From assembly GCA_004764695.1 (NCBI GenBank), contig SMSO01000031.1, positions 7,236,761 to 7,300,760 of the forward strand: a stretch of DNA of 64,000 nucleotides, written 5' to 3'. This DNA is from Schizochytrium sp. TIO01. Its lineage: Eukaryota; Protista; Bigyra: Labyrinthulomycetes. Positions within the stretch are counted from its first letter, which is position 1; every line of letters begins with the position of its first letter. The notes beneath the pieces are model-generated. The model was not told the origin of the DNA. It saw only the letters and a list, made by a program, of their open reading frames with translations, and did no database searches. The translations under genes were made by a program, and so were the position numbers. Of this stretch, positions 26,601 through 38,875 are shown one piece after another.

Positions 26601-27596
26601 GAGTCCTCGTGAAATGCCACGTAAAATGGCCTCTTTATCATCTAAACCAAGTGTAGCGAATGTGCCACTCGGTTTGACCTCATATAGAAGCTCATCTAGG
26701 GACAAGTCACATTTATCCATGACCAAATGGAACCGGTTTTGAATGATGCACGTCCCAAGAAGGCAGACGATATTTTTATGATGCAATCCCTGCCAACTTT
26801 GGGCTTCTTCAAGCAATGCCTTCTGTTCAGCAAGTTGAAGCCGCCCGCGAATCTGGCGTACTCGCTTAATTGCAACTGGCGTATTTGTACTGTCTTCACC
26901 ATGGAGAACACCTGAAACGACTTGTCCAAAGCTGCCTTCACCAAGAATGTGCTCTGGATAATCTATGGTGACTTTTTCACGTGATATTGTCGCCATCTCC
27001 GATTCTTGCGTTTCTCGCAGTGCACGAGTTAAATCTTGAAGCGCTCGTCTTTGTCTGCCCGTTCCAGCACGACCTTCTATAATATCTGTAAGGCTGATAT
27101 CAGGCTGGGCTTTAAGCAATGACAATATGGCTTCAATGTGGTCGTGGCCTTGATCTTGATATTGTTTGATCATATGTTCGAGGCAGATGTGATCTTCTTC
27201 AGCATCGTCGAGGTCCATTTGCTCGACGGATGCAGGCGGTAATGGGATCTCAAAGCGGATTCGGCAGACCTGGATCAATGTTTGCAAGCGTTGCTCCACA
27301 TCTGAGAGCACTTGAGCAGCTCGTTTCGTGTCCATAAGTTGTAGAATCACGGTGGAGTCGCTATGGTTGGGATCAAAGAACTCACGAAGTAGCGCGATGA
27401 TGTTGCGTAGAGTGGCTTCAACCTGGATAAAGTTGATGTCAGCTTGGTGCAAGGGCTCCAGAAAACTGGCGAGCTTGCTAAAGACATTGTTGAGGTGTGC
27501 AGCTCTTCGATGGCATGTATTAGTATGCTCAAGAAGTGTCGCACCCTCGCGAATTAGCTGAAGCGATGATGTGAAGCTTGGCGGGATGCTTGGCAT
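23675..27596 (-). CDS. MLKL-NTD/HeLo-like four-helix domain + TKL-type protein kinase + 14 highly conserved armadillo repeats (frameshifted within the repeat array)
   Basis: Kinase motifs are intact: GEGSFG, VAIK, HRDLKPAN, DFG, GTPVYMAPE, DTYSLG, CW..P..RP. ARM unit LGQDLNVGEEIVAAMRAHRTNAEVQxxACxALxNL continues through ORFs 25086..27701, 24952..25218, 24201..24887 and 23675..24280 to a capping repeat and stop at 23675. ATG at 27596 is preferred; 27689 is possible. Confidence 0.9.
23790..25625 (-). repeat. Coding tandem repeat array, 14 units of about 132/135 bp (ARM)
   Basis: Anchor ccacattcaaatctt occurs at about 23881, 24013, 24145, 24275, 24407, 24542, 24677, 24812, 24946, 25080, 25213, 25346, 25478 and 25610. 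Confidence 0.97.
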
Positions 27597-28231
27597 GTTT
27601 ATGGGCCGTTGCGTTACTGGAGTAGTTGAACTGCAATTGTTGTCCTCAAAGAAGGTATGTGCATACTTTTGCAGCCCATTTATTAACATGCACGTGCTCA
27701 CTAATCCCTTCTCTACCTACCACTAGTAATATCTTTGGAAATTGTTTGTTTCAGTCATGACTGATCAGTCGCAAGTTTTAGCAGTACTACGAGTACTTCC
27801 TAAAGAGTACAGCCTTTTTTTTTAAAAGGAACGACTAAAATAGCTAGGTGTGTACTTGCCCATACTAGTATAGGCAAATTCTAACACTAGTACTGGGTAA
27901 TGTAGCAGGTCCGTACTGGTACATCTTGTTGTATTTCTAGTCTTTGCTTTCTTATAATTGTTGGAAAAATAAGATATGCGTAATTTTTAAAGCGGTCAAT
28001 CAGATTAGTCCTTTCACATAGACAGTAATTCAATGTCGGAACATATTGGTTGAAAAACGGAATTCAATACAAACACTTGTTGTAGATACCTCTACCATAC
28101 CATACTTTTCTGGGGTACCATTTTAAAATTTTGGTTTGTATAATTGTTGCATAGAATGACGCTTGATTGAATATTGGAAGAAGAAGATACCCACCAACTT
28201 ACTTATAGAAGCATTCGAATCATAGGGTGTG

Positions 28232-28975
28232 TACTGCACTCAGTATATATAAATTCTCAAAATTTCTATTTCCTACGATTACAAAGTGGGGCTAAGGCTC
28301 AATCGCGGGTTGACTCAAAGACAGTTCTTCAACCATGTCCTTGGATAGGTAGCACAAAGGGATGCATCTGGCGGCTTGAGCATCACGATTGGCTACGTGT
28401 CTGCATTTTGAAGGGCATGTGAAGGCCTTGGATGTTCCGAGCTTGTCGCGTGCTTGGGATGGTTTTCAAGTGCAATCCTCCTGGCAAATAACAAGTTTGC
28501 ACGACTGGCAGGGGAAAAGCTTAGCTTTGGAAATGAGCGTTAGTCGGAAGCCAACAAGACATCATTCGCGCTATCTTTACTTTGATTAACTTGTTGAGGT
28601 GTCCAAGTTAAGCCAAAGGATAACATCGTAGTTTTCACAGCGCCAAAGCGCAAGAGATCTTGCAGTGAATCTCGATTGTCAATCCAGTAGGGCGTGCAAG
28701 CCCTGGTTTTTGAAGTTGACCCCTCTACTGATGTCATTTTAGACGGATGTGTATGCTGGCGGATGTGTATGCTGGAGATCACCACTTCAAATTTCTTCTT
28801 TGCTTGGCGGAGGACACTGTGGCGTAGATAATGAATGGTACGGTCAGTGCTGCATTACTCTCGACCGCTGGAACATACCGCAGCTGCAGGTGCGCTCAGC
28901 GTCGTTACCTGCGTATATGCGATGAAATGTTCTCAACTTGTTTTAACTTTGTAGCAATTGTAGCCTTGGGACCTT
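28232..28975 (-). mobile_element. Decayed Fanzor2/TnpB (IS607-like) element, copy A
   Basis: Broken-frame peptides: WRCENYDVIL; KIARMMSCW; SKAKLFPCQSCKLVICQEDCT (RuvC-II E); DKLGTSKAFTCPSKCRHVANRDAQAARCIPLCYL (Zn-finger half + RuvC-III RD); stop at 28292-28294. Clear DNA homology to copies B and C. Confidence 0.82.
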
Positions 28976-29771
28976 GAAATGCAGAGATACCGAGTTCGAA
29001 CAAATCCTACTAAATTTATAACTGGGCAGACCTAAGGTTTTTTTCTGCTTCTTTTCTAGCTTCACATGAAATGAACACAACAAACCAAAAAGTGCAGGGG
29101 AGACATCTTCGTGCTCGCCGGATTCTAACAGAGGTATTGAGTGATTGGTTTGGTTTAAGATTTTTAGTCAAGATAAAAGATTTGAACTTAGTACCTCTGA
29201 CTAGTGAGACTGAGGTAACAACAAAACAAAATCCTCGAAATAATAATGGTTGAGTTTTCTCTTTGCTTGGTTTTTTATTTTTGTCAACACTAGGCCTATA
29301 TGTTGTTGTTTAAGTTTCTATTCAAGTCAAACGATTGATTAGAGTAGTTTAGACTGCTTTGCAAACTTAACCTTGGTATTACCTTCTTTACAGTAAGTCT
29401 TTTTTTATTTCCACACTCACATCAGGGTTTTCTAATGACAATTGCTAATGCACTTTGCAGAGGGCAGAGCTCATCTATATTCTAATTGAATTCAAAAAAT
29501 TTAATATTTGTTTCCTGTGGAGTCGGAACTATATATCTAGCTCTAACTCATGAAACGCTTGTTTATTAGTGTGCTCGAATTTATTTCGTATAGAGTACAA
29601 GCACGGGTGCTTTAGTGACCGGCAGAGTCTTCGATCGGTTTTGTTTGCTTTTCTTGGTACGGTACAAATCAACTTATAAAACAAGCAGGCGTCTGCAACA
29701 TTGGAAAATCTGATCAATTTAGATATGATTGATGATTCAAAATTAGTTTCATGTGTGAAAACGTAGCATAT

Positions 29772-30890
29772 TCATCCTTCGACTTCCATGGGCGTTGCGA
29801 CAAGGTAGCCGTAAAATACGGCTCGTAAAACATCATTGAAACGGGGATAGCTGTTGCACGCATCCGAAAGAATCGCGAGCGCTTCACTATAGCTCTTCAA
29901 TGCCAAAATCGTATGTTTATCGTCGTGTCCTCGAAGTCGTGGAGAAACTTGGTTTTTAATAGGTATTGCGTTCCATACTCTTTGGTATGCGTCCATTGAA
30001 TCATGTCCTTGCTCAATAGCAAGAGTTAAGGCTAGTAAATGGTACCATTCGTCTAAAGTCTGCCCTGTGCTAAGGGCTTGTTCGAAACGGTCAACAAAAA
30101 ACTTTCCTTGGATTTCCTGAGTTGTAATTAGGGATTTTATTCTCTTTTCAATTTGTTGGAGTTTTAGCGTCTTTAAAGCTTCGTCAATTCCTGCCTCACT
30201 CGTGGGCCTGACATATGATGCTGGCCTGGTGATGTTAGGAATCTTAACTTTCATATCCTTCATAAGAATAACAGTGCGAGCTTGGTCATCTTTTCTGACC
30301 TCGATATCATCGAGATGCTCCTCGAATTGGAATTGGGTGTGACCATTCCAACTTTCTTCAGAGTCCAGGGCTAGCATCCATTCTAAGGATTGTTTTGCAT
30401 TCTCCGTAAGCTTAACATCCCGTGGCCATGCTCGAGCAATTTCTTCAAACCAATATGACATTTGAATGAGTGAGTTCAGACCTGCATGGCTAGCAAGAAG
30501 GGCTCGTATCGCAAGGGTTACAACGTTGAGTTCTTCAGGGTCTACATTTACAGTATCCATTTCAGAGTCGGTGTTCAAAATCAAAGTCCCGTCGGTATGT
30601 TCATGCAGAGCTAGCCATAGGTTATTTTGACGTTGTTGGGTATCATCGCCTTCAAATCCATGGTTCAAGTCATCCCCGTCAGCAACAGTAAGTACGGCGA
30701 CCTCGAAAGCTTTGCGATTCTCTTTCTGGTTCTTGGCGTCGCTTGAACTCATGTGCATGTTTTCTTCGTATAGGTTGATAATAGATTTCCTTGTCTGAAA
30801 GCCTTGCACAAGAGACTCACACGCAACAAGGTTAAACGTGATAATCATCATTAATGACCACATTCTGCTAAGCGTCTTCGACATTATCAT
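29772..30890 (-). CDS. Uncharacterised secreted/membrane family protein, paralogue 2
   Basis: Open 372-aa ORF from ATG 30890 with a hydrophobic N-terminus. Shares HTDG(T/S)LIL, LNVxTLxI, WFxxIAxAWPxDV and YPRxNDxLRAVFY with the 51800 protein. Confidence 0.85.
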   Translation of the reverse strand: MIMSKTLSRMWSLMMIITFNLVACESLVQGFQTRKSIINLYEENMHMSSSDAKNQKENRKAFEVAVLTVADGDDLNHGFEGDDTQQRQNNLWLALHEHTDGTLILNTDSEMDTVNVDPEELNVVTLAIRALLASHAGLNSLIQMSYWFEEIARAWPRDVKLTENAKQSLEWMLALDSEESWNGHTQFQFEEHLDDIEVRKDDQARTVILMKDMKVKIPNITRPASYVRPTSEAGIDEALKTLKLQQIEKRIKSLITTQEIQGKFFVDRFEQALSTGQTLDEWYHLLALTLAIEQGHDSMDAYQRVWNAIPIKNQVSPRLRGHDDKHTILALKSYSEALAILSDACNSYPRFNDVLRAVFYGYLVATPMEVEG

Positions 30891-33800
30891 TTTAGTTGGG
30901 AGTCTGCCACGGAGATGAGGGATGATCAAACAAAGACAGCGTAGATGCCTTCAGGTATCTACACCGCACTTAAATAACGACTGAGGGCTTTTGAGAGCCT
31001 GGTTTGCCAGCCAGTAGATTTGATGAGACTGTTTCTTTTTTAATCTCTTCCACACCACCTGCGTAGGAAAGACTGAGCCCTTGTTTTCTGTTGGTTTTTT
31101 CACCCCAATCTCTGCAAATGGCACACAAGTGCAAGATATTAATTAAACTCTTCTATAGCGGCGTGGTCTTTTTTACATTTAAGAATCGTGTGGTTTTGGC
31201 CAGTGCTGTATCTGTTGTATCTGTTTGCGCTTTGAATTCCAGGTTTGCTGACCAATATTCGTCTTTGTTGTGTTTGGGTCTCATTGTAGAGGTAGTAGTA
31301 GTCCATAAACCAGGCTATGCCTAATCCTAAGTACACTTTAGTTTAAAAGGTTTAATCGGCATCACGGTAGTAATAAAATAAAAACATTTACTTGGGATTG
31401 CATAACTACTAGTAGTCAGAGTGATTGCTGAGTTCTCTTGTATTTGACTCGTACACGGTGCTCCATAGTAGAGATGACAAGAGAAGAGGTTACTATCGTT
31501 GCAGTACTGCTGGATACTTGGTTTTCATAAGGTAGATTTATTGTATCTAGATTCAAAAGTATTCGAAATTTTCTCATTTCTTTTGAGATTAATGATGATT
31601 TAAAAAAAAAAATGCTTTTTAAATTTTAAAATGCGGGAATATATTTTTCTTCTATATTTTTCAGTAGTGAGCAGCCCTAGTTTGGTTGCCCACCAATATT
31701 TCCCCATTCATAATTATGCAACTTGAACAGCAGACACGAATCTATCCTGACTCCTTATCTGATTTCACACATCGAAGAGGCTATCACTCTACGACTTCAT
31801 GGTATAGACCAAACCAACCCCGAGTTCCGTACCTATTATAGTTTTAAGGAACGTCTATTAACTTTTTAATAAAGAAAGGAAGCATAACCTACAACTTTTT
31901 TATCTTCTATTTTTCATTTTTTTGTGTTTTCTAATGCTTCTATGCTTTCCACTTTCTCGTTGTTCTGAAAATAAAAAATGTGGTGAACTTTCATGTTCCA
32001 AGGAGGTGAGTAAGCAGTTTGGTCGCCAGGGTGAAGCTTTTCTCGCTTGTTCACCAACCAGACAGAAGTCTATATATATATATATATATATTTATCAGTA
32101 TATAAAACAAAGACCAAAAGAACCGAATCAGGCTTTGGTTTTTGCTTATATAATTGACTTTTTATTTTATTTTAAATAAATATATGTTATTTGTATTGTA
32201 AAATGATTTTCTCTCGTTAAAAAGCAACTTCAAGACAGAAGACAGGCTTAAGGCTCATATATCTCGATGATCAGCTCCAATATCTTTCTTATATGTTTCA
32301 TTGGATTTCTCCATTAATATTATATATATGATTCGGCGGGTCTGTTAAGTTAATAAAGTATTATCAGACCATCATCCTTATTCGAACGACTATATCATCA
32401 TTATGGTGCAGGGCAGATACAGTCCACAAATTCAACCCTCATGAAACCTACTTGTGTCGGAACGTTCAAAAGTCTCCTATTCTTCTAAATAATAAATTAT
32501 TTTCTTTTCATTAATTAATTTAAATTAAAACAAGACGCACACAAATGATTTGAAAAATTATGTTCATGGTCCGTCTCAAGCGAGAATCTTACGCCATCGC
32601 TTCAAAGCACCTTCTTGAACATGTGATTTGAAGCTTGAAGATACATCTTGGTCGAGAGCTGTTCACGCTTCAACTGGACTTCTAAATACTGCGTCAAAAT
32701 TATTAACTGAAACCTACATAATTCATCCAATTCGAATTTGATACTACACTTTATCAATATTATTTTCGTCAACCTACATTTTAAAATAGCTACATAGAGA
32801 TTTTTTATTCTCTACAGAGTTGTAGTGAAGCTTTAAGTTGGAGTGATTTTAAGTGATGAGACTAAAATATGCCCCATATTCTAATATCACTACACATTGA
32901 CAGCACTCAAGCGTGAAGCTGTTGTAATGCTTGTGAAACATGAACCGCGTTGTCTTGGATGCTTAAACCGTATGATCTCTGTCCCGAGGCTTTGCAAAAC
33001 TGGCAGACACATACTCTTTACTTTGTTTTCTTTGTAAATGACAAAACTTACATTAAACATTAGAGAAAACGAACCCAACAATATCTTGTAACAATAAATA
33101 AATAAAAATCATTTGTTGAAATCTATTGATGCCACAACCCCTTTTTAAATAAAAGTAAATTTTTTTTTTGTCAAGGCACCTTATCGGTTAGTGACTTAAT
33201 TTAATAATAAATAAAAATGAATGTGTCGCATCTGCTAACTTGGTAAAGAAGGCTCAAGTCAAAGCACATCACTCTTATCTCTTTGTCATCTTTTTACGCT
33301 TGGATTAGGTACGCCCTCTATGTATTTCGAGCAAGAACTTAGTGTGGTCAGCTAAACTAAAGCAGATATCACGAAACCTTGAGACAGATACTATTGTGCT
33401 ATATCTGCAAACGCCAGATGCTGACAATCACATATCATTACACTCCGTTCCTGCGGGTCTACTTTTATTCGCCAATGTGCCATGAGCTCGTGGAGGCCTG
33501 TCATGACAAAGTGCGATCGAGTGGCTGAGATGTCTATTATTACCATGAACTGATATTCATGCATGAATGACTGAAGAACAAAGGTGCAAAGCAGCAACAT
33601 CAAGATGAATGAAGCTCAAAGTTCCTTTTCTCTTCTTTTCTTTTCAAATAAAGAAAAGTAGCGAAGCAAAATAATCAATCCTATGCTTGCAGCTCGGTAA
33701 CTTGAACGAACGGTCTGTTTGCAAGGCGTATGATATATCTTCGCAAGGCGATGACTTGTTCTGTTCTTCCTCCATTGTGGAAGACTTCGACGGAGTAGAA

Positions 33801-36323
33801 TATTGCTCTCTGCCATTATATTGAGGATTAGAAACTTTCTGTTTCTTGATGCGTGACTAACGCATGAATCGAACTACTATTGACTATTCCAACCTGCTCT
33901 CGCGCCGGAATTTTTGCGTCGAAAAGAATTCGAACTGCTACATGGGATTGACAGAATTGAAAAGCGTATGCACTTGCACTATTCGTGGAATAGGTTTAAT
34001 TAATACTGGGAGACTCGAGCGAGTGATTTCTCTTTCGTAACATCACATCTTTGGTGCCAATCATGTTGAAAATAATAATAGTAATAATAATAATAATAAT
34101 AATAGCAAATGAAGCATTTTCTAACCAATTTATTCTAATCAGCCATTCGCCCAGCGGCTCGTCAGAACTTCACATTAGCTACCTTTTCGAGTACGTCTAT
34201 GGCTTCGCCAGAGTCGTACGTACAAGGTCTAAGACATAATTGCGTATCTTTTGCACAGCTTCTTCAAGTCGTCAAACTGAGTCTCGAAGATTGAAAAGGC
34301 GTGAAAGCACATGAGAAGAAAGACGAAAGTTAGAGGAGAAAAAGTTTGAATTATAGGCAAAAGCTATCCACACACAAAGCTGGGGGTAAGAAGGCCCTGG
34401 TGTAGGGAGTTGGTACCCAGGTACTTCAAACCTATTTTATCATCAATTGCCCTGCAAAGTCAACATTCTCAGTGCGACGACCATCAATTATCTATGAACC
34501 ACGCACTAGTCTCGACCTGACAAGATTTACACTAAATTACACGAAATGATTAGAAGCTTATAAATGTTAACATCGGTTCCGACAAAGCTTAGGTGTCGCG
34601 AAGCTGCACATCGTCCTGACTGAAGACAATCTCTTAGGAAGCAAGATCTTTCTTATTGTAGTCTATTATAAATAGGGCTAGCTTCAAACTCACTTCAAAA
34701 GATCTTCCTAGTTTATGTTTTCCTTCATAGATTTGCTAACCCTACTACAGGTTTTCTGCGTAAAGGCGCCATCAATCGCGAGAATTCGGGAGAGGCGACT
34801 ATTGGCTACGAAAATCAGAAGTGGTTCATAATGATAGTTCTGCCTACATCATCCGCTTTGCAACCTTTGGTTTTCCACAATCTCACTTCGTAAATTATGT
34901 AAATTCTGTTGATTCAAGCTATGAGGCCCGATCAAAGTAGAGTGTGGCAAGCCAGTTGTAGAGCCTTGCAAAGAGAAAGATGAGGCTTTCAACATTCTGC
35001 TGGTCCACCTTGTTTTCTCTTTAAGTACGAGCGATGGGATGAATGCAAGGCTACTGGCGAAGATATCGAAGGAGGGTGGTGCTCGATATTCTTCCAGGTG
35101 AAAGTATGTCGGGCAGAAATCTTTGCAGTACCGGAAAATGTGATGCCGGATGGCAAAAAGATGTGCATGGCAAACTTACTAGTAGTTGGTTGAGCTGCAA
35201 TTCTCGACTCGACTAGTTTAAGGTTATTGCGCCATGGATGAAGGGCATTAGTTGCAGATAACTAAATTAGTTGATCACGCACAATTCGGTGATACCTCGC
35301 GACTGTGCTACTATGCTTTGCTAGGTAGAATTCAAAGGCTTAGTAGGTTCGAGTGCTTGTTATTACGTTAGATCCAAGTGATTTCGGCCAAATCACCTAC
35401 TCCAGCCTCTGCAATGTGCTGCGATTTGCGTCTTTTGTGATGCAAAAGGGATTTTTGTTTAAATCTATGAGCCATCTCCACCATGCACTTGAAACATTTT
35501 TATTTTATTTTTTAAGTATTGCAGTGGTATATGTAATTTTGTTTTAATTAAATCGTCATGAACATGAAGAACTTGCAGAATTAAAACTAGTGTAAAAGCC
35601 AATATACTTGGCTGGCCATACCGATAGCGTCCATCATTGCTCCGGCGATCCTTTAACTGGCGCCACACTTTCAGCTATTCAATATGATGAGTCCATCTTT
35701 TTCTCGCTTCTTATTTTCTTCAACGGCATGTTTACTCAATCTATTAGGCCTATGCATAGAAGAGTAAAAGAGATCGTGATGTTTATTATATTGTTACTTA
35801 TCTTTAACACATCTATTTTATTTTAATTTCTTTTTAATTGAATGATTTATTTATAAAGACTTTTTCTTTTCTTTTTTAACTCTGTATCACTTTTTCTTTT
35901 CCTTTCCATTTCTTTGGGAAAAAATCAGCTTCTTTAACATTTTCATCTCTTCATGCGAACTTGCTCTCAAGACGGCTCGAATGTCCAGAGACAGTGGGTT
36001 CGAAGAGCCGCGTGTGCTCCTCCCAAGCCACCTCTGAATCCCACTTGCTTCGGTGGAAATCATGGAGTGCCCCGGACAAATTCTTCGCTCCGCGCTACAT
36101 GCAAGTAAATAAATTAATTAATAAGTAAGTAGCAGGCCCAATCGGCAAACGATTGGCGATGGAATTGCTCAACTCCCTTCGCGGAGCAAACCGCTGAGCA
36201 GCAGACCAAAGGCTGCTGCCGCGCCGCATGACGGACGGACGCCCCGGTCCTCGAAATCCGCAGGTCTGCCTGCCTGCCTGCCTGCCTGCCTGCCCCAAAG
36301 ACGCTTCATGCACGCACGGCTCC

Positions 36324-36354
<31 letters not shown>

Positions 36355-36819
36355 GAGAAGCAATGCCAGCGGTATCTGAGTGAGTGAGTGGTCACGCTGA
36401 GCTCACGGATTCAAGAGCGCTCGCTGCGTTTTATTACGCCAACTTCCGGATCCAGCGATGACGAAGAGAGCAAAGCAAAAGTATGTGCGCATTCGTGATC
36501 CGGTCTGGTCATCCGCATGTCCAATGCCCACGCCAATAACATAATGCAACAATGCGCAAGCAACGACTAAGAGCGAGCTCCAGGGCTGGCTGTCTCAGGC
36601 AGACAGAGGCCGAAGCAGCGGCAGAAGTCTGGACAGCTTCCCCGGGCTCGCCCATTTCTGTCACTCGGTATTCAGCAAAGGTCTGCGTGGACGAGGAGCG
36701 GATTCGGCGTGTCCAAGGTCCTGAAGAGCGCGAGATGAGCGCGATGAGCGCGAGAGGGGAGCTGGCGATGAGCGGGTGGCTGGCCACTCTCAGTTTGGGA
36801 CTCGCTCGCTCGCTCACTC

Positions 36820-36867
36820 GCACACAGACACAGACACAGACACAGACACAGACACACACAGACACAC
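36820..36867. repeat. (ACACAG)n microsatellite
   Basis: Hexamer tandem run. Confidence 0.85.
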
Positions 36868-37822
36868 GAACGAAGATCGATGCGGTGTCAGACAGAAACC
36901 GACTGTTTGGGCCATGCCATGGCAGCGGGCTTGCTTGAGTGTCGCTGATCAGCCTTCCTTCTGCCTGCGAGGCAGGTATCGAAGGATCTGAATCCGCGCC
37001 TTGCAGCTGGTGGAAACAGAAGCACAGACCGGATGAGTTTAAGAAGCCGGCCCTTCGACCAGATTCAACGCTCAGCTGACTTCAGGTGCCAAGGCAACCT
37101 GCCTGTATACCTGCCTGAGTTGGTCGATGGTGTTGATTTATGTGATGCGTGCGTGCATAGGAAATATCTTCGTAATTGTCACATTTATTATTTTTTTTTA
37201 ATTTTTTAATTTTTTTTTTAATAATTTTTTTGCTTGTTTGTTTTTATCCCGATATATCTCATCTCATCGCATCTCTTCTCAGGACTGCTCTGTAAGCTTG
37301 ACACAGAGCGATGGTTACCGGATAACCCAATGCAGGAGAAGCATTCGGTGAGTTTCGTTGTCGGTTGCTGTAGCGAGAAAGTAGATATTCAGGCGCGATA
37401 GGTTTGCCATGGCGGAGCCAGTCCATGCAACTAGTGGCTAATAAAATGAGCGGCAACATTGTTGGATTTGCCGAAGTGTCTTCAAAACTGCGCTTGTCTC
37501 CCCCGCTTAAACGCAAGTGGGTTCTGTCCTCCTTGAAACTAATCAACTTACTAACTTACTAACTAACATGGCGAAGCAGGAAACTGACTGCTGATTAGGT
37601 CATGACTTTTAATTTTGGAGATACACGAGAAGGTGGAAGTATGAGCTCCTTTTTCTATGCGAGGGCTGCAAATGTCGGTGACTTGGGCACAAGCTGTACT
37701 CCATCGGGAGGATATCCGCCGACTCGTGGAGGAGGTTGCTGTTGTCTGGGCCTTACGAGACGCCCTATCTCGTTCCTTATATATTTTAATCTTTACAATG
37801 AAAATCCTAACTTGAGGTTCTA

Positions 37823-38801
37823 TGCCGCTCTCAGTAATTATCAACCTATAAAATTTGCCAAACTTGCATCTCCTATGGCGGTGACAAAGTGGGACTGACT
37901 CAGGCCCAATCGCGGGTTGACTCAAAGACAGCTCTTAAACTATATCCTCGAACAGATAACGCAAAAGGATGCCTCTGGAGACGTGGACATCACAATCGGC
38001 TACGTGTTTGCAATTGGGGGGGGGGGCATTTGAAGGCCTTGGATGTTCCGATATTGTCGTGTGCGTGGCATGGTTTTCAAGTGGAATCCTCTTGGCAAAT
38101 GAGCAGTGCTGCGCTACTGGCAGGCGAAAAGCTCGGCTTTGGGAAAGATCTTTTGTCGGAAGCCAACTAGACACCATTCGAGCTGAGCTGTCTTGACTTT
38201 GATTAACCTGTAGGGGTTTCCAAGTTAGGCAAAAGGATAACATCGTAGTCTTTACTGCGCCAAAGGGTGGGCAAGCTTGCGGTGAATCACAGTTGTGCTC
38301 CATACAGTAGGGCGCGCAAGCCGGGCTTATCGAATCTGACTCCTCTGCTGATGTGTTTGTCTTTGTAGACGGCGGGTGCATCTAAACAGGCACGCTGGAG
38401 ATCGCCGACCTGGCATTTGAAGCTCCCTTCTTGCTGACTCCCGAGTCTGGCGGAGATAAAATGAATGGCGCTGCTAGTGCTGCGTCGCTCACGGCCGCTA
38501 GGACAAGCCCCGGCAGATTGCATATATGCGATTGCCTCCGGGGAGACACCTGAAGGACATTGCTGAGACGCCAAAGCCCTGGTTGAGCTACTTTGCTGTT
38601 TGTTTCACCTGCAGTGTTGAATGCTTCTGGATCCTTGGCCATTCCATTTTCTTACCCAATATTCACCTCTTTTTTCTTCTTCTTTTCTTCTTTGAAAAGC
38701 AAAAATAAAATAAAAATTGTAATAATGTAATATTTCTCTGGAATAAACACTACCATTCGGAGGTTACATAACATAAGTTTCAACGTTTTCATATGTACAG
38801 A
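37823..38801 (-). mobile_element. Decayed Fanzor2/TnpB element, copy B
   Basis: MKTLKL (start-like) ... RKW.G ... AFNTA ... AAVSDA; DYDVILLPNLET; LLICQEDST; GTSKAFKCP; CKHVADCDVHVSRGILLRYL. Homologous to copies A and C, including the 3' tail. Confidence 0.82.
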
Positions 38802-38875
38802 TGACAATTTGGAATGTCATGAAAGGAACTATGCTTCCTTTAAAAGGCTTACCTCCAAGATCTGAATACCAAAAG

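Noticed and set aside
27596-28975. Functional link between Fanzor copy A and ARM-repeat diversification
   Set aside because: Only proximity supports it. The relic is nuclease-dead, and I saw no match between the putative flank-derived guides and the repeat unit.
28232-30890. Co-duplication of a family gene + Fanzor relic cassette (same arrangement at 51800-54476)
   Set aside because: The two proteins are far more diverged than the non-coding relics, so independent later insertions are more likely.
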